Origin: Candidatus Karelsulcia muelleri
GTDB lineage: Bacteria > Bacteroidota > Bacteroidia > Flavobacteriales > Blattabacteriaceae
Length of the DNA stretch: 32,000 nucleotides
Assembly (NCBI RefSeq): GCF_022985615.1
Contig: NZ_CP094965.1
Span: 90,001-122,000 of the forward strand
Direction of reading: 5' to 3'
Shown: positions 1-8,366 of the stretch, piece after piece
Numbering within the stretch: the stretch's first letter is position 1
Layout of the letters: every line of letters begins with the position of its first letter
Notes under the pieces: generated by a model
What the model saw: only the letters and a program-made list of their open reading frames with translations
The model's database searches: none
What the model was told of the DNA's origin: nothing
Made by a program: the position numbers and the translations under genes

Positions 1-789
1 AAAAAAGATATAATAGAAATATATAATCTTTATATAAATAAAGAAAATTTTTTATTAAAAAGCGAGAAGATAAAAATTCATATAATATACGAAGATGAAT
101 ACTTATTAATAATTAACAAGCCATTTAATTCAGTAGTTCATCCCGGCACTAGGAATCCAAAAGGTACCATACTAAATGGTATAAAATTTTATTTACAAAA
201 AACCAAGCTAAAAAAACCTTACTTAGCCAATAGAATAGATAAAGAAACAAGTGGTTTAATTATAGTAGTAACTGATGAAAAAATATTAAAAAATATATCC
301 AAACAATTTACTTTAAATTTAATTAAGAAAAAATATATCGCCTTAGTAAATGGAAAGATAAAAAAGAATAATATAACTATATACTCAAATATTATAAGAA
401 ATAGAAAAACAAAATATAATATGGATATTACCAAATTTAGAGGAAAAGTTTGTATTTCAAGTTTTAAAGTAATAGAAAGATTAAAATATATAACAGTATT
501 AAAATGTCGACTTTATACTGGTAGAACACATCAAATAAGAGTACATTTAAAAAAAATAGGACATCCAATATTTAATGATAAAAAATATGGTGGGGATCAA
601 ATATTATGCGATAATATTCCATTATGCAAAAAAAAAATAATAAATCATATAATAAAAAATTCGCATTTTATTGCTCTACATGCTAATTCACTAGAATTAA
701 TACACCCAATTTTTCTAAAAACAATAAAATATAATTCTATAATTCCATATCAAATTTATCTTTTGATAAAGATAATGTCTACATTATGA
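1..789 (+). CDS. rluD: RluA/RluD-family rRNA pseudouridine synthase (5' end off-window)
   Basis: Frame 1 is open from nt 1 to the TGA at 787-789, so the track ORF 421-789 is only the distal part. My translation of 1-420 gives ...IIYEDEYLLIINKPFNSVVHPG...NRIDKETSGLIIV (catalytic Asp motif). The track part contains GRTHQIRVHL. Confidence 0.85.
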   Translation, partial: KKDIIEIYNLYINKENFLLKSEKIKIHIIYEDEYLLIINKPFNSVVHPGTRNPKGTILNGIKFYLQKTKLKKPYLANRIDKETSGLIIVVTDEKILKNISKQFTLNLIKKKYIALVNGKIKKNNITIYSNIIRNRKTKYNMDITKFRGKVCISSFKVIERLKYITVLKCRLYTGRTHQIRVHLKKIGHPIFNDKKYGGDQILCDNIPLCKKKIINHIIKNSHFIALHANSLELIHPIFLKTIKYNSIIPYQIYLLIKIMSTL

Positions 790-885
790 TTCTGATTATT
801 CTTTCTTTCATGAATTTTAGATAACTTAATAAATCTTCATTATTACTATAAAGTTGGATTTTTTATAATCAGCTTGTGCTATAAT

Positions 886-960
886 GGTAAACGTAGCTCA
901 ACTGGTTAGAGCATTAGATTGTGGTTCTAAAGGTTGTCGGTTCAATTCCGATCGTTTACC
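886..960 (+). tRNA. tRNA-His (anticodon GTG) with encoded G-1
   Basis: Hand-folded cloverleaf: G-1, acceptor gtaaacg/cgtttac, D stem gctc/gagc, anticodon stem ttaga/tctaa with loop ttGTGgt, T arm gtcgg-ttcaatt-ccgat, discriminator C pairing with G-1. Confidence 0.9.
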
Positions 961-1075
961 TTATTAAATAATCCGATATTTTATCAGAAGGAATAATTAG
1001 ATCACGAAAACGATATCTATCATTCTTATGAAAAAAAATAATTAATCTAGTTATTTTGTTTTTATAGTCTTCATA

Positions 1076-1282
1076 TTAAAGTTCTTTATGAAGAGTAATC
1101 CTTTTTAAAAAGGGATTAAATTTACGTAAATTCAATTTACGAGGAAATTTACGTAAATTCAATTTACGAGGAGTATTGATTCTGTTTTTAGTAGTGAAAT
1201 ATCGAGAGATACCATTGAGCCCATTTTTTTTTTGTTCTAGACATTCTAGAATAATTTTAATCCTATTTATTTTATTTCTCAT
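1076..1282 (-). CDS. rpmG: 50S ribosomal protein L33, with an internal 9-aa duplication
   Basis: 68 aa. RIKIILECLEQKK...GISRYFTTKNRINTP...LRKFNPFLKRITLHKE matches the Bacteroidetes L33 pattern. It lies directly downstream of rpmB. Confidence 0.85.
   Translation of the reverse strand: MRNKINRIKIILECLEQKKNGLNGISRYFTTKNRINTPRKLNLRKFPRKLNLRKFNPFLKRITLHKEL
1118..1171. repeat. Perfect 27-bp tandem duplication inside rpmG
   Basis: aaatttacgtaaattcaatttacgagg at 1118-1144 is repeated identically at 1145-1171. This gives PRKLNLRKF twice in L33. Confidence 0.95.
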
Positions 1283-1496
1283 ATAAGTAAATGTTCTTAG
1301 ATTTAAAGAAATTTTTATTAAGTGTTTTTAAACCTTTATTAGAAAGAAAAATAGTAATCCATTTGTTTTTATTAATAATAAAAAGACGTTTTCTAAAAAT
1401 ATTAGCCTTAAAAATTCTCCTACTTTTTTTGTTAGAATGTGAAATTTTTTTCCCAAAAATATTTGTTTTCCGAGTAACTTGACAAAATTTAGACAT
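1272..1496 (-). CDS. rpmB: 50S ribosomal protein L28
   Basis: 74 aa. MSKFCQVTRKTNIFGKKISHSNKKSRRIFKANI matches the L28 N-terminal consensus (CxVTGK..GN..SHSN..T.R.F.PN). Overlaps rpmG by 11 nt. Confidence 0.85.
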   Translation of the reverse strand: MSKFCQVTRKTNIFGKKISHSNKKSRRIFKANIFRKRLFIINKNKWITIFLSNKGLKTLNKNFFKSKNIYLYEK

Positions 1497-1519
1497 AATT
1501 TAATTATAATTAATTATAA

Positions 1520-2764
1520 TTAATTTAAATAAATTTTATTATCCATAAAATAGGGAATTAAAGCTTTAGGAATTTGAATATAATCGCTAAATTGATAATT
1601 TTCTATTAAAGCTGCAAACAAACGTGGAATAGCCAAAGAACTTCCATTTAAAGTATGACAAAAAGATTTTTTTCCATACTTATTAAGGAATTTTATCCCC
1701 ATTCTATTAGCTTGAAAATTTGTACAGTTAGAAACAGAACTAACTTCCAACCATTTATTTTGTCCTGGAGAATAAACTTCAAAATCATATGTCAAAGCTG
1801 AAGTAAAACCTAAATCTTTAGCTGAAATACTAATAATACGAAAAGGAATATTTAAAGAAGATAAAATTTTTTTTACATGTCTTATCATGTAATTAAAAGA
1901 TTTATAAGAATTTTTCTCAGAATTAATTTCTATTATTTCTACTTTATCAAACTGATGTAATCTATTTAAACCTTTAACTTTTCGTCCATATGATCCAGCT
2001 TCTCTTCTAAAGCAAGAAGTAAAAGCTGTAGCCTTAAAAGGTAAATCCAGAATTTTAAAAAGAGAATGTCTGAAAACATTGAGTAAAGGGACCTCAGCAG
2101 TAGGAATCAAATACAATTTATCTTTTTCTAAAAAATACATTTGCTTTTTTTTATCAGGCAGCTGTCCAGTCCCAAAAATAGAATTTTTATTTACTAAAAA
2201 AGGTAAAACATATTCAATATATCCTGCTTTAATATTTTGATCTAAACAATATTGAATTAAGGATCTTTGTAACTTAGCTCCTTTATCAAGATAAAGGTTA
2301 AAACCACTACCAGCCATATTAGAAGCGAAATTAAGATTAAACAGATTAAACTTTTTTCCTAATTCCCAATGTGGAAGTAATTTCTTTTTATAATATGAAG
2401 TAACATTTTGATAAACTAAAATATCTTTTTTTGAAGGAACTTTTTTATAAGGGATATTAGGGAGATTACTTAAAATTTTAAAGATTTTTTTAGAGAATAC
2501 TTTCAAAATAGCCTCTAAAATTTGCATTGTTTTTTTATAAACAGTAGCTTTTGGTATAAGATACCTATTATTAATATTAGAACCAATTAATACGGAAATT
2601 TTTTTAAGTTTAGCAAGTAAAGAGTTTTTTTTAAGGATTTTTTTTATTTTTTCTTTTTCTAATTTAAAAATAGAATCGATAATCTTTAAATTGCTAAATT
2701 GGCGTCTTTTTAATCCCAAAATGACTTTATTTTTATTTTTTCTGATAAAAGAAATCGGTAACAT
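1520..2764 (-). CDS. serS: Seryl-tRNA synthetase
   Basis: 414 aa. Class II motifs TAEVPL, FRREAGSYG, GLNRLHQFDKVE and NGSSLAIPRLFAALIENYQ. Confidence 0.95.
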   Translation of the reverse strand: MLPISFIRKNKNKVILGLKRRQFSNLKIIDSIFKLEKEKIKKILKKNSLLAKLKKISVLIGSNINNRYLIPKATVYKKTMQILEAILKVFSKKIFKILSNLPNIPYKKVPSKKDILVYQNVTSYYKKKLLPHWELGKKFNLFNLNFASNMAGSGFNLYLDKGAKLQRSLIQYCLDQNIKAGYIEYVLPFLVNKNSIFGTGQLPDKKKQMYFLEKDKLYLIPTAEVPLLNVFRHSLFKILDLPFKATAFTSCFRREAGSYGRKVKGLNRLHQFDKVEIIEINSEKNSYKSFNYMIRHVKKILSSLNIPFRIISISAKDLGFTSALTYDFEVYSPGQNKWLEVSSVSNCTNFQANRMGIKFLNKYGKKSFCHTLNGSSLAIPRLFAALIENYQFSDYIQIPKALIPYFMDNKIYLN

Positions 2765-2886
2765 TAAATATTTATTTGTTTAAAAAATTTTTGTATAACT
2801 AACTTAAAACTTTTAGAAATAGGACGATTTTGATTTTAGAAATATAAATAGAATAAATTGGTTTTAAAATAGAGAAATTCATAATT

Positions 2887-3020
2887 CCTAAGATAGATGG
2901 TACCATGGTACACTGGTACCCTGGTACCCTAAGATAGATGGTATTGTATGGTCCCGTCCCATTGTATATGGTACACTACACGAGGTACACTACACAACTA
3001 ACTAACTAACTAACTAAGAT
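2887..3020. repeat. GGTACC-core repeat patch plus an (AACT)5 microsatellite abutting tRNA-Phe
   Basis: cctaagatagatggta occurs at 2887-2902 and 2928-2943. ggtaccatggtacactggtaccctggtaccc follows, ggtacactacac occurs twice, and aactaactaactaactaacta runs from about 2996 to 3017. Confidence 0.85.
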
Positions 3021-3024
3021 GGTA

Positions 3025-3096
3025 TGGTACCTCCTGGAATTGAACCAGGGCCTAACGGATTTTCAGTCCGTTGCTCTACCTCTGAGCTAAGATACC
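3025..3096 (-). tRNA. tRNA-Phe (anticodon GAA)
   Basis: The reverse complement folds as acceptor ggtatct/aggtacc, D arm tagctcagaggtagagc, anticodon loop ctGAAaa, T arm cctgg-ttcaatt-ccagg, discriminator A. No encoded CCA. Confidence 0.9.
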
Positions 3097-3107
3097 TAAG
3101 TTGATAC

Positions 3108-5813
3108 CTAATAAATAACTAAATTAATAATTTTGTTTTTAACTAAAACCAAAGTTTTAATTAACAAAAAATTAAAATTATTATTACATAAAATCCTATT
3201 AAGAAGTTTTATAGTATTTAGTGATAAATCAGTCTTAAGTTTGAATTTTAATTTACCATTTAAAGTAATAGGATAAATAATATCTTTTTTTAAGAGAAAT
3301 TTTTCATTAATTTTAGGAAAATTAGCAAAAAATATAGATTTTTTATTACCTAATTTTTCCCAAATTTCTTCTGAAATATGCGGAGCATAAAAACCAATTA
3401 AGATGGTAAAAGGTTCTAAAATTTCCCGTTTATTACATTTAATTTCTTTGAGCTTATTTAATAAAATCATAAATTCACTTATAGGAATATTAAAATGATG
3501 TGACTCTAAATTTTTCTTAATTTTACTAATCGAAATATTCAAAATCCTTTTTTCTTTATCAGAAGATTTACTTTCATCAATTATAAATTTCTTTTTATAA
3601 TGAAATAGGTTCCAAAATTTGTTTAAAAAAATGTTAACCCCTTTAATAGATCTTAAATTACAAATTTTATATTTTTCTAGTGGACCAAGAAACAATTCAT
3701 ATAAACGCAGAGTATCTGCACCATATTCTTCGCAGATTGAATCAGGATTTATAACATTAAATTTAGATTTAGACATTTTTTCAAAGAAACGATAGCAAAA
3801 AAATGTTTTATTTTCATAAATAAATTTAGCACGTTTAAATTCAGGGAGCCATTTTCTTAGTTTATTAATATTAACCTCATTATTATTTTTTACTAATTTT
3901 ATATCTATATAAATTTTCTGATATTTATTTATATTGTCTTTTATTAAAAAATAAGAGAAAAATTTATTCTTTTTTTTAAAAATTATAGCCGATTTTGCTA
4001 AAATCATACCTTGATTTAAAATTCTTCTAAAAGGTTCTTTAGAACTGACCAAGCCACGATCATATAAAAATTTGTATATAAATCTAGAATAAATTAAATG
4101 TCCTGTAGCATGTTCAATACCACCAATATAGAGATCAACATTTCTCCAATAATTTTCTATTTTTTTATCGACTAACAAATATAAATTATTAGGATCCATA
4201 TATCTTAAAAAATAGAAATTTGAAGCAGCCCAACTTGGCATAGTACAATTTTCAAGTTTTAAAAGATTTTTATTATCTATTAAAGAAGTATAGACGATTT
4301 TTTTTTTCTTTTTATTCCATGCAAAATAAAAATCTTTTATTTTTTTTTTCACTTTAGGAAAGGATAAAGGTAGGTATTTCTCAGAAATTGGAATAGGTAT
4401 TTTATTTTTAAAATAAATTGGGATAGGTTCTCCCCAAGATCGTTGTCTAGAAAAAATAGCATTATTAATTTTATATTTGATACAAATAAAGCCTATTTTT
4501 TTTTTAAGCATATATTTAACTATTAATACATTTGCTAGTTTAATATCAAGACCATTTAACAAATTAGAATTTGTACAAATGGTTTGATTGTTTTTCTTTT
4601 GAATAATTATTGGAATATTTAAGTTAAATTTTTTAGCCAAGAAAAGACTTTCAAAGTTTACAGAAGGGATACAAGGGATAATTTTTTTATTAAACTTATC
4701 TTTTACAAAATTGCTAAAATATATAGGAATTTTCTTTTTATTTAAGTCGTTAACTGCATATAATCCAGAAAAAATTCCTATTCGATTTTTATTATTTAAA
4801 CTCAAGTTAGTATATTTGTTAGTATATTTGTTAATGAGAGAACTACCAAAAGGCAAACAAAAGAAAGAAATACCAAAAATTAAATATGGTTTAGTAGTAA
4901 AAATTTCAAATTTTTGATTGATGATTTTTTTATCTTTATATAGAAAGAAAACTATCTTTATTCCCTGAGTTTTACCAATCCATTTTTTTTGAATAGATTT
5001 TAGTTTATTAGTACATTTTATCAATTTTAAGTCTTTTAAGAGTCTTTTTAAGTAAGCCTTAATTCTAAGACTCCATTGAAACATTGTTTTTTTAAAAACG
5101 GGATAACCACCAATTTTACTAAGCTTGTTTTCAATTTCTTCATTTGCAAGTACAGAACCTAACTTTGGACACCAATTTACTGAACTTTTAGAAAGAAAAG
5201 CTAATCGATAGTTTTGTAAAATTCTTTCTTTTTCCGAAAAATTAAAACTTTTCCATTGCAATGAATTAAATTTTTTCTTAAATCTAGAATAAGCAATAAC
5301 GTTTAAGTTACCATTCTTATTAAAAATTTTAATTAATTTCTTAATATCTTTAGCCTGTTCCTTGTCTTTATCATACCATGAATTAAAAAGTTTAAGAAAA
5401 ATCCATTGTGTCCATTTAAAATATTCTTTTTTATGAGTATATATAGTTCTGTCCCAGTCATAAGAAAAACCTAATTTTAATAATTGTTTACTATATTTTT
5501 TTATATTTAATTTAGTAATTTTATGTGGAGATTTCCCAGTCTTAATAGCAAATTGCTCTGTTGGTAATCCAAAAGAATCAAAACCAATAGGATGTAAAAC
5601 ATTATAACCAAGACTTTTTTTGAAACGTGAATAGACGTCTGAAGCTGTATAACCCAAGATATGGCCAACATGTAATCCATATCCTGAAGGATATGGAAAC
5701 ATATCTAAAACATAAAATTTTTTTTTATTTAAAATGTTTTTAGTAAGATATATTTTCTTTTTCTTCCAAATTTTTTGCCATTTTTTTTCTATTTTTTTAA
5801 AGTTATACTTCAT
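3108..5813 (-). CDS. leuS: Leucyl-tRNA synthetase
   Basis: 901 aa. Class I HIGH-type motif (GLHVGHILGY) and KMSKS (EKMSKSKFN). MFPYPSG start region is typical of LeuS. Confidence 0.95.
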   Translation of the reverse strand: MKYNFKKIEKKWQKIWKKKKIYLTKNILNKKKFYVLDMFPYPSGYGLHVGHILGYTASDVYSRFKKSLGYNVLHPIGFDSFGLPTEQFAIKTGKSPHKITKLNIKKYSKQLLKLGFSYDWDRTIYTHKKEYFKWTQWIFLKLFNSWYDKDKEQAKDIKKLIKIFNKNGNLNVIAYSRFKKKFNSLQWKSFNFSEKERILQNYRLAFLSKSSVNWCPKLGSVLANEEIENKLSKIGGYPVFKKTMFQWSLRIKAYLKRLLKDLKLIKCTNKLKSIQKKWIGKTQGIKIVFFLYKDKKIINQKFEIFTTKPYLIFGISFFCLPFGSSLINKYTNKYTNLSLNNKNRIGIFSGLYAVNDLNKKKIPIYFSNFVKDKFNKKIIPCIPSVNFESLFLAKKFNLNIPIIIQKKNNQTICTNSNLLNGLDIKLANVLIVKYMLKKKIGFICIKYKINNAIFSRQRSWGEPIPIYFKNKIPIPISEKYLPLSFPKVKKKIKDFYFAWNKKKKKIVYTSLIDNKNLLKLENCTMPSWAASNFYFLRYMDPNNLYLLVDKKIENYWRNVDLYIGGIEHATGHLIYSRFIYKFLYDRGLVSSKEPFRRILNQGMILAKSAIIFKKKNKFFSYFLIKDNINKYQKIYIDIKLVKNNNEVNINKLRKWLPEFKRAKFIYENKTFFCYRFFEKMSKSKFNVINPDSICEEYGADTLRLYELFLGPLEKYKICNLRSIKGVNIFLNKFWNLFHYKKKFIIDESKSSDKEKRILNISISKIKKNLESHHFNIPISEFMILLNKLKEIKCNKREILEPFTILIGFYAPHISEEIWEKLGNKKSIFFANFPKINEKFLLKKDIIYPITLNGKLKFKLKTDLSLNTIKLLNRILCNNNFNFLLIKTLVLVKNKIINLVIY

Positions 5814-7065
5814 ATTTAAAATATAAAAGGTAAAAATTTTTTTTTCCTTTTTTTATAAGAATAAAATGCTTATGAAGAAAATCTTTTTTAGTTATTATAT
5901 AATCACTAAAGAAAGGCTTCATGTTTAAAAGTAATGACTGAAATTTAATTTTTCTTAAAGCTTCTGTTTTGGACTTACAAATAAAGTTATCAATAATCAA
6001 AATATCCAAAATTTTAAACTTTGTGTCATTTAATAGAATTTTTTTACAAGGAATATATTTTTTAATTAGTAATAATTTTTTTGGGCTTAAAAAAGTTAGA
6101 ATCTTATTAAGATTAGGATTAAATAAGATTTTGTTTATATTATATATATCTGTAAAAGTTTTTTTACTATGTACTAAAATAGTAGTAATTTTAGCTATTT
6201 TTTTTTGCAAAATTCTTAAAAATGGAGCTCGATCGTGTAAAGTAATTATTTTAGAAATAGATATTTTATTAGAAAAAGTAAAAATTTTTATTAATTTTTT
6301 AGCTTGTACATCTGAAAGATTAATCCAAAATTGATAAAACTTATAAGGTGAAGTTAATTTGGGATCAAGCCAAATATTTTCCCCATTTTCAGTTTTGCCA
6401 AATTTTGTGCCATCGGATCTAGTAAGGAGTGGATGAGTTAAACCATGTACTTGAGTTTTTTGTTTTTTTTTAATTAATTCAATGCCACAAGTAATATTAC
6501 CCCATTGATCTGAACCACCGATTTGTAAAACACATTTTTTATTTTTGTATAAATAATAAAAATCATAAGCTTGTAAAAGTTGATAAGTAAATTCAGTAAA
6601 AGAGAGACTTCGTAATCTTTTTTTAACGGAATCTTTATTTAACATATAATTAATAGAAAAGTATTTTCCAATATCTCTAGAAAATTCAATAAATTTTAGC
6701 TTTTTATTCCAATTATTATTCATAATTGGGATTTTAAATTTTTTTGAGAATTTAAATAATTGCTTTCTAATTTTTCTAGAATATAAATAATTTTCTTCAC
6801 TTTTAATTAAACTACGTTCCCCTTTTTTTCCAGATGGGTCACCAATTAAACTAGTACTAGTACCAAGTAAAAAAAAAACATTATGTCCATAATTTTTAAA
6901 ATGAATAGAAAGAATAATAGAAATTAAATTCCCAATATGCAAAGAAGAAGAAGTGGGATCAAATCCTGAATACAGGTTAACCTTTCTTTTCAAGATCTCT
7001 GAAGTCCCCTTAGTTTTATTACTAATTAAACCTCTCCATCCTATTTCTTTAATAAATTTAAGCAT
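5803..7065 (-). CDS. tyrS: Tyrosyl-tRNA synthetase (start re-set to an internal Met)
   Basis: Homology begins at MLKFIKEIGWRGLI (ATG at 7065-7063). FDPTSSSLHIGNL (HIGH-type) and KFGKTE (KMSKS-type) are present. The first 44 codons of the track ORF run through the (AATAT)n spacer and read as low-complexity hydrophobic junk. Confidence 0.9.
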   Translation of the reverse strand: MLKFIKEIGWRGLISNKTKGTSEILKRKVNLYSGFDPTSSSLHIGNLISIILSIHFKNYGHNVFFLLGTSTSLIGDPSGKKGERSLIKSEENYLYSRKIRKQLFKFSKKFKIPIMNNNWNKKLKFIEFSRDIGKYFSINYMLNKDSVKKRLRSLSFTEFTYQLLQAYDFYYLYKNKKCVLQIGGSDQWGNITCGIELIKKKQKTQVHGLTHPLLTRSDGTKFGKTENGENIWLDPKLTSPYKFYQFWINLSDVQAKKLIKIFTFSNKISISKIITLHDRAPFLRILQKKIAKITTILVHSKKTFTDIYNINKILFNPNLNKILTFLSPKKLLLIKKYIPCKKILLNDTKFKILDILIIDNFICKSKTEALRKIKFQSLLLNMKPFFSDYIITKKDFLHKHFILIKKGKKNFYLLYFKYEV

Positions 7066-7085
7066 AAGAATATTTTCAAAGCAAT

Positions 7086-7110
7086 AATATAATATAATAT
7101 AATATAATAT
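7086..7110. repeat. (AATAT)5 microsatellite in the tyrS-leuA divergent spacer
   Basis: aatat is repeated five times, read directly. Confidence 0.9.
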
Positions 7111-7196
7111 ACACAAAAAATGCAACATAAAAAAATAATAAAATAAAATAATAAAATAGGAGAGAAGGTTGACCAAAGTAGTAAATCTCAATATCA

Positions 7197-8357
7197 ATGC
7201 AACCTAAAAAAAGAAAAATAATAATTTTTGATACGACATTAAGAGATGGAGAACAAGTACCAGGTTGCAAACTAAACGAAAAAGAAAAAATTATAATTGC
7301 TAAAAATCTCGAACTCTTAGGAGTAGATGTAATAGAAGCAGGTTTTCCAATTTCAAGTCCCGGAGATTTCCAATCAGTTAGAGAAATTTCAAAACATATT
7401 TCCAATACTATAATATGTGGACTAACAAGAGCTAAAAAAAAAGATATAGAAATAGCTGCACTAGCCTTAAAAGATGCCAAACGTCCTAGAATTCAGACTG
7501 GAATAGGTACTTCTGAGTCTCATATAAAACAGAAATTTCAGAGCACAGAAGAAAAGATATTAGACATTGCATATGAGTCAGTAAAGTATGCCAAAAAATT
7601 TGTAGAAGATATAGAATTCTATGCAGAAGATGCTGGAAGAACCGAAAACTTGTTTTTAGCAAAAGTTTGTGAAAAAGTTATCCAAGCAGGAGCAACAGTT
7701 ATTAATTTACCAGATACTACTGGATATTGTTTACCAGAAGAATATGGGAAAAAAATAAAATTTTTAATAGAAAATGTACCGAATATAGACCAAGTAACAC
7801 TCTCAACTCATTGCCATGATGATTTGGGATTAGCAACTGCAAATTCAATAGCAGGTATTAAAAATGGGGCCCGACAAGTAGAAGGAACTATAAATGGAAT
7901 TGGGGAAAGAGCCGGTAATACACCATTAGAAGAAATAGTAATGATATTAAAAAAAAAGAAAGAATTAAATTTTTTTACTAATATTAATACAAAAATGTTA
8001 TATACGATTAGTAAATTTGTTTCTCAATATACTGGAATGTTTGTCCCCCAAAATAAAGCGATAATAGGAAAAAATGCCTTCTCTCATTCTTCTGGGATTC
8101 ATCAAGATGGAATGATAAAGAATAGGGGCACATATGAAATTATAAATCCTAAGGAAGTTGGATATAAAACCTCTTCCCTAATATTAACTGCTCGTAGTGG
8201 ACGATCTGCGTTAATATATAGATATAAAAAAATAGGTTATGTATTTACAAAATATCAAATTGATACAATCTATCAAATCTTTTTAATATATGCGGATAAA
8301 AAAAAAGAAATTTCTGATGAAAACTTAAAACAAATTATAAATAGTGTAAGAAATTAA
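7197..8357 (+). CDS. leuA: 2-isopropylmalate synthase, short form (catalytic TIM barrel only)
   Basis: 386 aa. [24 protein letters not shown] and GERAGN motifs. Heads the leuA-C-D-B operon. Confidence 0.9.
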   Translation: MQPKKRKIIIFDTTLRDGEQVPGCKLNEKEKIIIAKNLELLGVDVIEAGFPISSPGDFQSVREISKHISNTIICGLTRAKKKDIEIAALALKDAKRPRIQTGIGTSESHIKQKFQSTEEKILDIAYESVKYAKKFVEDIEFYAEDAGRTENLFLAKVCEKVIQAGATVINLPDTTGYCLPEEYGKKIKFLIENVPNIDQVTLSTHCHDDLGLATANSIAGIKNGARQVEGTINGIGERAGNTPLEEIVMILKKKKELNFFTNINTKMLYTISKFVSQYTGMFVPQNKAIIGKNAFSHSSGIHQDGMIKNRGTYEIINPKEVGYKTSSLILTARSGRSALIYRYKKIGYVFTKYQIDTIYQIFLIYADKKKEISDENLKQIINSVRN

Positions 8358-8366
8358 GAAATTGAG

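Noticed and set aside
5803-7197. The long 5' extensions of the tyrS (to 7197) and rnpA (to 12571) track ORFs.
   Set aside because: The extensions run through microsatellite or repeat spacers and encode hydrophobic low-complexity peptides with no homology. Conserved protein sequence starts at the internal Met codons (7065 and 12469).
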